DNA from: Tubulanus polymorphus
Lineage: Eukaryota > Animalia > Nemertea
Direction of reading: 5' to 3'
Assembly (NCBI RefSeq): GCF_964204645.1
Contig: NC_134026.1
Location: 28,802,150-28,866,149, forward strand
Length of the DNA stretch: 64,000 nt
Shown: one piece after another, positions 14,101-25,513 of the stretch
Position numbering within the stretch: position 1 is the stretch's first letter
Layout of the letters: every line of letters starts with the position of its first letter
Notes under the pieces: generated by a model
The model's database searches: none
The model's input: only the letters and a program-made list of their open reading frames with translations
What the model was told of the DNA's origin: nothing
Translations under genes and position numbers: made by a program

Positions 14101-14472
14101 AGGACTTTGAAAGTAAATTTCTTAATCTCGGTGTCGGATATTATGTTTTCAATAGGTATAGCTTATCACGGTGGCTGATTCGGGACGTGTCAATATTTTT
14201 TTTCAACCAAAAGCAAACTTTAAAAAGTTTGTTTTTGCGCGGTAATATTTATTTTTGCACGTTTTCGTGGGGGATGAGAATAATAATGACATGTCCCGAA
14301 TCAACCACCATAGCTTATTCATCTTTGTTTATTCATTTCTTTCGATTTAGATGGAAGTATCGGAGGCCCTGGCACCAAATACGCATCCTTACTGGGATAT
14401 GCTAAAGACACGATATCTACGACATCGAGGCCTTTGTCGTGCACGGGAAGTTCTGTCAGTGCTATCGAATGA
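11127..14472 (+). CDS. NIT-domain transmembrane guanylyl cyclase, copy 1 (TM-NIT-TM-coiled coil-class III cyclase)
   Basis: Phase-consistent GT-AG exons: 11127-11301, 11503-12565, 12636-12822, 12902-13007, 13086-13223, 13562-13660, 13739-13830, 13995-14112, 14351-14472 (last exon less certain). NIT-like motifs VQRERDMS and [11 protein letters not shown] lie between two TM helices. Signalling helix [14 protein letters not shown]. Cyclase motifs [46 protein letters not shown] and TYWL. Confidence 0.88.
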
Positions 14473-15397
14473 CGTCAAACACCAAACCAATCAATCTACA
14501 AAAACAACTTGCTCGCAGTATAGACTATCCTTCACCCATACAGATACTGGATGATCTGATGTTTCTTTCATTTATCTATGAATTAATGCGAATTATTAAA
14601 TCCGATGTCTATTCTTTGATTTTTTTGTGATTGATTGGTTTGTATGTTATTTATCCAAGCCTATAATTGGGCTCGTTTTATGCTCGAACACAAGAGGATT
14701 GTTTCACGACATATTGAGATATAATTTGATTCATATGTTACATTATATACTATACTTTGTTTGTTGAACGTAAACGCACGTACCTGACACTCTTGGTGTA
14801 TTGATACCTGTAAAAAATGTAATATGGCCAGAAAATATCATAACCACTTGGCACTATTGTCAAGGATCAAAGTGTTGCATCGTGCTTTTAGATATTGTAC
14901 ACATTTCAAAAAATAAAAAACCCGATTTATGTTATTAAATGGAGTGTTCTTTACGTCATCGGTTAATTTTTTCGGGGAATTGTAGTTGAATCAAGGATTG
15001 CTCGGAGGACAATTTCATCTATAAAATCAAGTTAATTTCGTAATTGAAAAGATCACACAGAATGGGAACAATCCACCAAAAAGATGAGCCCGCTCTCCAC
15101 TTTTGATGCTAAAAATGGTTAACCTTTGATGCGACAGGTAACTGGTAAGATGGAATTTGGAACACAGCGACAAGTAACCGTGCCTGCGTACCATCCACCA
15201 TTTGGCCAATTCGTTCTTATTACCAGGGAAGAGGTGATTATGATCAAATGACACGAAGTCATTAAAAATGAGAAAGTTATTATAAGTCACTAATCATAAT
15301 TTTCGCTTCGTAAAACTAGTGCTTCATAATGAGATGTGGATGACCATTGGAGAAATTCTATTCCGCGTTGTAACGATATATAGAAAATCCCACACTA

Positions 15398-15474
15398 ATA
15401 ACGGATGAAGACCAAAAGGTTTCAAAATTTGGAGCTTACAGGAAAACTTTCTGGACTTCGTCTTCATCCGTTAT
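15398..15474. repeat. 15-bp perfect inverted repeat with 47-bp spacer (tiny MITE or hairpin)
   Basis: ataacggatgaagac (15398-15412) pairs with gtcttcatccgttat (15460-15474). Confidence 0.6.
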
Positions 15475-16358
15475 AGTAGCGATTAGCGTAGGATGGATGT
15501 TTGGTGGATGAAACGACTGTCGGATGAAACGACTATTTCAAATCATTTCCTACTAAAAGCAAAGTAAACATGATTATCTGATTAAACATGAACAATCAAA
15601 ACGATACTGGAGTGAGATGTAGCTAGCCTTGAATAGTTAGGGTGGATAAGAAGTAAAAATTGTACTATGAAATATACTATACGAATATACTATGGTAGTC
15701 AATGTTCAAATCTAAAATTTGAAATCAAATCCAAAATTCCTTTCAACTAGAGCATTTTTGACAGAGCTTATTGATTGTGTGTAACATTCTAGTTGCCTGG
15801 TCTAATGATTAGATTACAAAATTCTTAGATTCATTTTCAGTTTAGTTCAGGTGAAGGGTATTAGTGGACCTCCTAGGGCGACTAAATGGTGTCATTACAG
15901 GATATTTAATTAGTCTCACAGAGAATATCGTGTTACATTGTCTTGGTTACGGTTTCCGAAACAAAGCCATGTTATATCAAAATCATTCGGTGAACATCAA
16001 ACATGGATTTTCTATCGGGAAGACTGCAATATTTTAAACTAACAGATATTTCAACAATTTGGTGATACTCTTTGCGTAATAGGGTAAGCTACCACTTAAA
16101 TATTGCACGTTGTAACCTAGAAGAGAAATCAGTTTATCATCGTAATAGTTTTAAGCATAAAACAAGATAGAATTATAAAGATATCATACATGCTTACTCG
16201 ATTGTAATTATTACTACCAAAATACCGATGAAATAGATACGAATTATTTCAACATGATCGATTAATAAGTTAACGAAATAATTACAAGCTGATTTGAGTT
16301 TCGTACGCTGATTTCATCTCAATAATTTTAGATCGTGCTCAAGCTTCGAAGTACCACG

Positions 16359-18366
16359 ATGTCTTGGTTGATAAATAAAAACGTTAAGATCGCCCCGGGA
16401 CAAAAGGGGCTAAACGAATCGAAGCACTATGTTATGTCTTCGGTTGATTCATTATCACCGTCTGAGTTGGACGCAGCCGTAGTTGAACTATACCAGGTTT
16501 CACCGTCGAATTCAAACAGACTGCTCATATCATGCGAAGGTAAATTCTAATCATGAATAGCTCTGTATAGAATTTGACGAAAATTCATTTCGCTTCGTAA
16601 ATTGAAATCTCAGAATAATACTTTGCGTTGATGTATTTCCTTTGCATGTCGTGAAATTACCAGGCCAAAAACACTGAACTCATTCTCACCAATTATCTTT
16701 TTTTTAAATTTTGAATAGGAAATCCCCTAACCAAGACAGGCAAAAGATATCAACTAACAAAAATGTTTATGATAGCTATGGTTCCGTTAGCCATTCTACT
16801 AGCGTTAACGGCGAATGTTTTCTCCGATATGATTGAAACTCATAATCAACTATCCAGTTTACGAGAAGTGGTTTATTTCAGTACAGAAGTCGGAACTGTA
16901 TTGGATCAGGTTCAAAGGGAAAGAGATTTGAGCGCGTTATACGTTAGCGTTATAGGACAGGACGGAGGGGCCGAATCTAAGGCTCTATTGATGAAACAGT
17001 ATTCTGTTACAGATTCGGCCGTTGTTAATCTATCATATTGGCCCGCGGACGAGGTTTTGATAAATCGGAAAAGAGAATTTGAAACGGGTGACATGTTTCA
17101 GAATTATATTAATCTTCATAGGTATAGTTTGGACACTTCGAATACAACACTGACAGACGAATTGTCGTTCTATTCGGAAATTGTCAACGTCTTTCTCGAA
17201 TGGCTTATCAAATCTGTCACCGAGGTCCCAGCCGGAAAACTATGGCAACACGTCGTCGCTTACTTTGAGATAATTCAATCGAAGGACAACTTCGGAATGG
17301 AGCGTGGACTGGGCACAATTTTTTTCTCTCAGGGATACTTCGATCGTATCGACGACTATTTGAATTTCCTTGAAAATCAAGATCAAGCCAATGTAACGTT
17401 TGGTTCAGCGAGATATTTTTCACCGCTCGTCGATCAGTTGTTCGAACACGTTATCGAAAATAATGAAACTTTCAACCAAATCATCCAGAAAATGAGAGCA
17501 GAAGTGCGTAGCAATAACGCATCGGAACCAGGCTCTATAGAGCGTGGGAAATACTGGCATAAGCTAATGTCTTTGTATCTGCAACATCTTCAAGAAACAC
17601 AAATGCAACTTGGTAACATCATTTTGAGTTTACTGGACGCGGAACTGCGAGAAGACACGATAAAGATGGCAATCATAGCGACGATATTTGCATTGGTTAT
17701 CAGTATGTGCCCGATAATTCTCAATGCAGTTTATACGTTGACAACCGCAATTCAAAAATATTCATTGAGTCTGGCCACAAGGTATAATCTCTATTCCTAC
17801 TCTTTTAATATAGACAATTAAGAAAATATATGTTTCATTTAATTGCAGGGTTACGATAACTGTTTTTATAGTTTGTTTTTTTTTGATAGTATATCATAAC
17901 AATATTCTGATTATTATGATACAGGACAAAAGGACTTCGCACTGAAAAGAAACGCACTGATACTTTGCTTTATCAGATGTTGCCCCAACAAGTAGCTGAA
18001 CAGTTGAAACGGAGTGAGATCGTAGATCCTGAAACCTTTAATGAAGTCACTATATTTTTCTCAGATATCGAAGGTTTTACAAAAATATCTTCTAAAAGTT
18101 CACCGATACAGGTATGAATAACCCCGTCTTATATATTGTCACATTATTATTTCATTTCTATTTTGTTTCTTTACTCATCTTCTTACGCATTTTTAGGTTG
18201 TCAATATGCTGAATAATCTTTACACCTGCTTTGACGAACATATAGCTAAATACAACGTTTATAAAGTAGAAACGATTGGTGATGCGTATATGGTTGTCTC
18301 GGGTAAGTCGTCCGATTTTGTAGTTTTGCTGTGGGTTATTAATAAGTCTACGCATTATTTCTCTCA

Positions 18367-18403
<37 letters not shown>

Positions 18404-19907
18404 GGACTTCCAAATCGAACTAAATCTCACGAGCATTCTAAAGAAATTGGTTCCTTGGCATTAGTACTTCTCGATCACATCAACGTTCTAGAAATACCTC
18501 ATTTACCGGGGAAGATTTTCCGTCTGAGAATCGGTTGCCATACAGGTAATAACGTGCATTTTCTCCATACGTACCGTAATTAGATCTGGTGTAATGGATT
18601 CGCAATACTAAGATGACTCATTACATTATATTATTAGGGCCTGTGGTGACTGGAGTAGTTGGTAAGAAAATGCCTCGATACTGTTTGTTTGGAGAAACAG
18701 TGACAATCGCCTCAAAAATGGAAGCACTCGGAATGCGTACGTCAAACATAATCTATACCGGAGTTGTTTTCTCCTTATAGTTGACGAGTCTCCGTCATTA
18801 GATATTAGATAATCTAGAAAGGGACATTTCAGCAGCGCTTTAATTTTTTTTATTCCAGCTTGTCGAATACACGTGAGTCAAAGCTGCTACGAGTCGTTGT
18901 CGCTTCATGGTTCTTTCAAACTTACACAACGCACGGATATGATTTCAGCAGTAAGTAATTGTTCGAACCACTAATCAAATCGGATAGCAAAAAATGATAT
19001 AAAAAATCTTTACAAGCTTTTAGTCACAATATACGGAGGAGCATTGATCACGTCATTCTGTTTATTTTGTCCGTGTTGTGTCCAACTTCAATGATTTTTT
19101 TTATACAAGTCAATTTCTTCGTTTTCCGCCGGTAAGTTTCATGGTGAATAATTTAAGTGATTTGTAAATGAAGTAACCACCGCCGCTCGTGTGCACGCAA
19201 ATTTCATCATCCATAGACCGTAACACTCGCCGTAGTCTTATTTACATCTCCTTAGTTACGCAGTAAGCAAATACAAACCCATCCTCCCCCGGCAGGGATT
19301 CGAACCTGATGGCATCGAGATTGCCACGGCACGAAACCCTGCCATAATCAACCGTGTGCGCAGATACATGCGCAGTTCAGATGATGGGATTTTTAGCCAA
19401 TCAGAAATCCAGTTTTATTTTAGCCCGGGTTTTCCCATTTATAGTTCTTCCTTGAAATTTGCCTCAACGATTATACAACGAGCATTCTGATTGGTGCCGC
19501 CAGTTTTCGTTCGGAAAGCTGCGCATGTACCTGCGCACCCGGTCTACTGATGCAGGGGTTCGTGCCGTGGCTGAGTGTAGCGATGCCATCAGGTTCGAGT
19601 CCCTGCAGAGGGAGCATGATACAAACCGCACGGGTCCCCTGATACTTCATACAGTTCAGCACACGACTTTAATGCTTCACTCGTTGATTAATCAAACTTG
19701 AGAAGAAAATGTTTCAAAAGCAATGAAATTGACGATTTGATTTGCAGAAAAAATTACAAAATATTCAGATAAAGATGGATTTGTTTTTAGAAAGATATAT
19801 CTGATGCAATGGGAGCTGTTAGTAAAACTTACTGGTTAGAAGATATGGCCGGAATGGTATGGGTTTCTAAACCAGTTCCACTCGGTACTGAGGATCGTCA
19901 AATGTAA
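16359..19907 (+). CDS. NIT-domain transmembrane guanylyl cyclase, copy 2 (tandem paralog)
   Basis: Exons 16359-16539, 16719-17781, 17925-18111, 18197-18302, 18405-18545, 18638-18736, 18859-18950, 19791-19907 (3' end uncertain). Intron positions and phases match copy 1. Motifs [66 protein letters not shown] and TYWL. Confidence 0.87.
18361..18403. repeat. Compound (CT)n(AT)n microsatellite forming the 3' end of an intron
   Basis: ctctcactctctctctctctctctctatatatatatatatata runs directly into the AG acceptor ending at 18404. Confidence 0.85.
19292..19606. mobile_element. Imperfect foldback/MITE-like element in an intron of NIT-GC copy 2
   Basis: Left arm gcagggattcgaacctgatggcatcg..gccacggcacgaa..gtgcgcagatacatgcgcag..ccaatcagaa mirrors right arm ttctgattgg..ctgcgcatgtacctgcgcac..ttcgtgccgtggc..cgatgccatcaggttcgagtccctgc. 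It is absent from the much shorter homologous intron of copy 1. Confidence 0.65.
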
Positions 19908-22798
19908 ATATTCAGTTCATAATATATGATTGAAGAACATTCTAAGTGCTGCCAAGACCCACAACGTGATAAATATCGGTATCATTTTAACTCAAATACA
20001 TGTTTTACAATTTAATTTTCAGTTAGTCATACTGTAGCGAGTCCTTAAAAAGATGCTGAATGGGCTGATCGTGCGCGAAAAGATGTTAACGACGATAAAA
20101 AAGTCGGACACCAAAATTGTTATGGGTTAAAATCCAAATATTTAGAAATAAACTAGTGTAAGGTTTTGCACATAACTGGTGATGATAAATCCACACTCGG
20201 CTCAGACTCTTAGGGTTTCAGAATATTAATGATTTCGACGTCACCAGAAATATTGTAAACCTTTTTTGTCATTGATGTTACTATCGCTTTCATTAGTTTT
20301 CTTTATGTGGTTACCTTCTTCGTAAGCGATGTTTCCAATATCAGGTTGATTATTTCACCATAATAAAGTTCATGCACATTTTCTGAAAATTATTGTCTGT
20401 TGATATATGATGATCAATCTCCTTTATAGTTAGAAACTTGCATTCCAAAGATTTAAACAATAGAATAAAATATAATTCAAAACAATAACTTTGAATAGCT
20501 TTTTATTGTCAATTGTAAACACTTTAAGGTAAATAAACTACAGTGAATTTGATATATACAGAGGATAATTTCTGATATCACACACGTTACAAATATTTAA
20601 CAAGAATAGTACACTCGATCTACTTGAGTGCTCCCTACACGTTATTTCCTTTATAGCATAAATCTTTCTCCGAGTTCCGTGTAAAAATAATAAAACAACA
20701 TAAATTCACTCGCACAATGAAAATACATTAGACAGTCATGTAGTATATGAACAGAACTTCAACTCATAGCACTGATTAACCTCAGTATAACGAGAGAACT
20801 AGTAATGCTTAATTATATAAAACATAACCTGGATGGTCGTTAACTAAGACGAAATGAAAAGTTGATACATTTTGGAGAAAATGTCAAGGTCGTCTGCTTG
20901 TGTATTACGAAAATGTGTTATTATAGCTTTCTCAGCGCCTCATATTCTGTACTGTCATTCCAGTTCCTAGCTATTGTTGTTGATATTTAGTTAGTCTTTC
21001 TACCAGATGATATCTGTTATCTTCCGGTCCACGCTTAAGATTACAAGTTTACATGGTTTGCAGTATTTCTATGTTCGTGGCTTCCACTGCCCCTCCTTGG
21101 TTAGATAAAGGTATATCTCACGAGTGCTGTAAGTAGTAATTTTGTAGCCTTATTTGTTTCGCTCTCATTTCTAATTCCTCCCTTCTCATTTCCTATTTCA
21201 TCTACTTACTTTGTTTGTATTTGTTTGTGTTATTTGTTATTTTTTGATAAACGGACATAAAGTAAATACAAGGAAGTCAAGTTAAAGCCCGCATTAATTC
21301 TCGTAAAATCGGAGTAATGTTGTCGATTGCGTCATACACCGAAAAGTGATTTCAAGGATCATTGTGTACAATATAAAGTTTACATGCAATCGTTTAACCC
21401 GAAGATACTATGACATATTCTACATCATTTGAATTTGAGATTTACGTTTGTTTTTCCGAACTATAAAGGCACCACGATAAAAATCGCTGTGGGAATCTCT
21501 GAAGCTGCATGAATAATGACAGAGCGCGCAGTGAGACGCGCACTATTGCTGAAAACTCATGAATGTGAATTAGGGGAGAGGAGACCAGGGGCAAATTATC
21601 TGACCTCGACTTGAACTTCCCATTAAAATATAGTCACACACTACGGCTCCAATTTTAGGATGCTTTTTTACATCGATAATTATACCGAAATCTCCTTAAT
21701 GTGTTAAATAAGGTCATTAAGGGTTCTATGTGTCATTTATTCAGCCTTGAATATAGTGGAATCGAGTGATCCAATTCATGGTTGATTTACGACCTTCCTG
21801 ATGAGTTTGTCTCTACTTCAACGAAGGACTAGTTCATTTTAATGTTAAGGAGGCGATCCGGCTACGGACAATATTGTGGATACACAGGACAGGATAGCGC
21901 GCTCTCTCCCTCTCTCTCTTCCTCGCCATCTAATTAAAAAATAACAATATCAAACTAATATTGATTTAAAATAAATCAAATTAGCAAGCGGCCTTACATA
22001 GTGGACGATACAAATATATCTATATTGTTATAGTAATTCAAGGATATGATATATATAATATGCTAGCCTCTCATTACACAGGACTCGCGAATATTTGCAA
22101 CGAAAGGGATTTTCTAGGAATGTGTTTTCACGAAAATTTCAAGCGCTGTCATTTTTATGTATGCGATCTGGGGAGAAAAATCAATTTTAATATCCATCAA
22201 GAGTTAATTCTACTCAGTTTCAATATTGTGATGGATTTTGCCACGGGGAATTGATTTGCACGTCATCATCGGAAAGACTGCCAACCGTTCAAAAAAAAAA
22301 TATCTCGGTGGATGGAGAAGGTTTTATATTGATTTTATGAGGAACGACGATAGGGGCGATGATCATCAATCTTTAATCAGTGCCCTCCTTCCCTCGTCGT
22401 CCATGCTGAACGATGGAACAAAATACCCGCTATGAAATAATTAGGAGCTTGAAAATCACTTTAATTATAAACCGCAGGAAAACATCTGACGAAACGAAAC
22501 TGTTCGAGGCAATGCTGACGTCACGGTGCGCTTTCCTTTCCACCATTTTTTTCAGAGTTTATATTACAATTAACGTTTAACATTCATTTCAATCGTTATT
22601 AGGTTTTCAATTGCTCTTCATTTTGAACTCGTCAACTCAAAATGTCGGACGATATTACCAATTACTTATAAGTATAATCTACGGGAGTCGATGGTGAATC
22701 TATCTAACCTGCTCATGTTCACATTTCTCTTCGATCCGATGGCTCGCGGATGAAATCTATTTTTCAAAAAGCTGCTGTCATTCCTGTGTTCGGTGAAT

Positions 22799-24148
22799 CT
22801 AGATTTGACAACTGTGTTGATGAATATCCGGATAAGATAAAGATTCTAACTTATCGTCATCTTTGTCCGGATTTGTTTGCATCGTATCTGGAGTCCCGTT
22901 ATCCTCAGACCTCCTCGTTGGATCTGGTGGTGGACTCGGCTGTTTATTTGCATTGTTGTTGCTGCGATGTGAATTTAACATCGGTAAATTCACTTGATGC
23001 ATGTGCAACCTGTCACCATTACACATGCGTCTTAGGGACGATGTAGATCTAGTAGTGCTCCAGCGATGTCGTCGGCCACTGCGATCGGAGCGTAACGCCT
23101 CGTGGCCCGGGTGTACGCGACGTTTCTTCTTTTTCGTCATACATCGTAAACATTTCATCACTTCTCCGCGAAACGTTTCGTTCATCCAGCAGTAGATGAA
23201 CGGGTTGAAACAGACGCTCGTCATCGCGATCCAATAACAGGAAAACAGAGCTTTCGGTCCGTGTCGGAAATCAGTCGTTGGTGGAAACCTGACCAGCAAA
23301 TAGTAAATATGTAGCGGTGCCCAACACATCGCAAATACCGCCACAACAACCATCAACATTTTAATCGTCTTTTTCTTCGTCCTTAAATGTATGATCTGTT
23401 GATCTTGCGTAACGTGGCCTAACGTCACTCGCATCCACAGTTTCTGCGCAATTCGTCCGTACGCCAGGGTTATAACAGCAAGAGGGATACAAAACTGTGT
23501 GAGGAATGTTCCCAGGAAAATATATCTTTCGAATTCGGCGTTCGGAAATGTTCTCGTGCAACGCTTTTGCTTTCCAACGAGCCAAACACCGGCTTGGACC
23601 TGACCGTGCCAAATACCATGGGGCAAAGCCATAGCACCGGCGAGCAACCACATAATTATAGTGATTGTGATCGCCCATCGGATGGATATTTTTGGTCTCA
23701 ACGGATAAATGATCACTTGGTATCGATCGATAGCGATACTGGTCAACGTAAAAGTCGACACGTACACGCTCAATGATTGGACAAAATTCATCACGTGACA
23801 CATGCCATCGCCGAATGGCCAATCATCGAGGATGTACCGCGCAATGTTGAATGGAATATTAAGGAGTGTTATCAATAAATCGGAACACGCTAAATTAGTA
23901 ATGAACATATTAGTGACAGTGTGCATTTGTCTATTCCGCACGATCACGTATATTACAAGTGAATTACCGAATATGGACACAAGAACAATCAGGCTAAACA
24001 CAATCGCCAAAGCCGAATTTTCCGGATTATTTTGTTTCGACATGCGTTGCATTACGCCGCTGAGGAACTCTGATAAGTTTCCATTTCTAAAAGTACCAAT
24101 CGAACCGTTGACACGATTCAGCGTGAAATTCAAAAGAGATAGATCCAT
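22799..24148 (-). CDS. GPR83-like neuropeptide class A GPCR (single coding exon, 449 aa)
   Basis: Seven TM segments and N-terminal glycosylation sequons. ITLLNIPF, WPFGDGMCHV, AIDRYQVIIYPLRPKISI, KKKTIKMLMVVV, CWAPL and NPFIYCWMNETFR closely resemble vertebrate GPR83. The luqin/RYamide and tachykinin receptor groups are the nearest alternatives. Confidence 0.88.
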   Translation of the reverse strand: MDLSLLNFTLNRVNGSIGTFRNGNLSEFLSGVMQRMSKQNNPENSALAIVFSLIVLVSIFGNSLVIYVIVRNRQMHTVTNMFITNLACSDLLITLLNIPFNIARYILDDWPFGDGMCHVMNFVQSLSVYVSTFTLTSIAIDRYQVIIYPLRPKISIRWAITITIIMWLLAGAMALPHGIWHGQVQAGVWLVGKQKRCTRTFPNAEFERYIFLGTFLTQFCIPLAVITLAYGRIAQKLWMRVTLGHVTQDQQIIHLRTKKKTIKMLMVVVAVFAMCWAPLHIYYLLVRFPPTTDFRHGPKALFSCYWIAMTSVCFNPFIYCWMNETFRGEVMKCLRCMTKKKKRRVHPGHEALRSDRSGRRHRWSTTRSTSSLRRMCNGDRLHMHQVNLPMLNSHRSNNNANKQPSPPPDPTRRSEDNGTPDTMQTNPDKDDDKLESLSYPDIHQHSCQI

Positions 24149-25454
24149 CTTTTCGCCGCGGAATTGGAATGTTGTGACGTCACGCCGTTATCTGTTCCAT
24201 TCGGTATATTGATCTGAAACGACATAAACGGATATTTCAGCTGGATTCGTCCTGTGTGAAAGAAATATTTTCGAAGGTGACAATTTTCTGACGATGCGTT
24301 AACCGTTGCAGATTTATCACATTCTAGGCGGAAAATTGACTGAATTGATATTACAGTTTTTCATTGAAGTGAAATCGACCAATTCTCGGCGTCGACATTT
24401 CCACATAAAAGTCCGTTATATCGCTACCCGTGCTATCTTTGTTAACAATTAAGTGACTCCTCCTTATTGGATATGCAAGATTTATGGAATCAATGTCTTT
24501 CCGGTAATAATGACCTTTTGCCTAAAATACATAAATAAATTGAAGTGGTTTTGCTTTGACATCGGAAAACGCGCTAGAAATCACTCAGTATATGAATGAT
24601 ATAATGAACGCTTCATTAGTGATTATATCTGATCACAGCTACGTACATGCTTTTTGTTGGCACCATATTCATTAGTGCTGATATTTCAAACAGTTACATT
24701 CAGTTTGCTATCAATCCGACAAAGTAAAACGTGAATATTCATGGTTGTTTTTCGATGAAATCATTAATTCGATGAGCTTCATTCAACGAATAAAAGAAAA
24801 TCATTCATGATAAAATGATTCACTGAATAATGTTGTCACTATTATTCAACGGCTGTAAAAATGCAACACAAATCAAGAATGTCAAAAACTGTCGGGTTTC
24901 TCCGATGGCTTTCTGGAGACAATGTTTTTTTTTCTATTTAAAAAAATGTATTATGTCCCAAGGACGCCTTCGCTGGTTCCTATTCATTTGGTTTCAAACG
25001 CTATGAGATGAAATATTGCCGATTTATTTCTGTGCCTCAGTAGTGTTCGTATTATCTCCATATTCATTTCTTTTGTCCGGATACATTAAACGGTGGAAAG
25101 GTTCGCGCCATGTCCGCAAGCTGACTCTCCCAGGATTAATGTCGGTTATAGATCATTGGAAAATACATTTCGAAGATAACATTCCGCAATTTAGACAAAT
25201 CGCTGCGGCACTTAAATGCCAGAGTTATTGGCCATTTGGTGTATGTTTAGACCAGTACTCGCAAAATACCGCGGCCATTTAGAAAGTATAACATCTACGT
25301 ATACGTGAGTTGGTATATCATATCAACATCTCGTTTTGATGAATTCACTTTCACGAAAGCGAATTAAGGCGCAATCCGAACTAATCGGAATTCGATCTTT
25401 TGTTGCATGATTTACGGCACCTTCTTTTCCCGATCCACCAGAAAATTGCCATTA

Positions 25455-25513
25455 CTGGTAGATCTTACCACCCCGTCGATTCTGCTGGTAGATCTTACCG
25501 CCCCGTCGATTCT
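25455..25513. repeat. 30-bp tandem duplication (2 copies)
   Basis: ctggtagatcttacc(a/g)ccccgtcgattct occurs twice with one mismatch. Confidence 0.85.
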
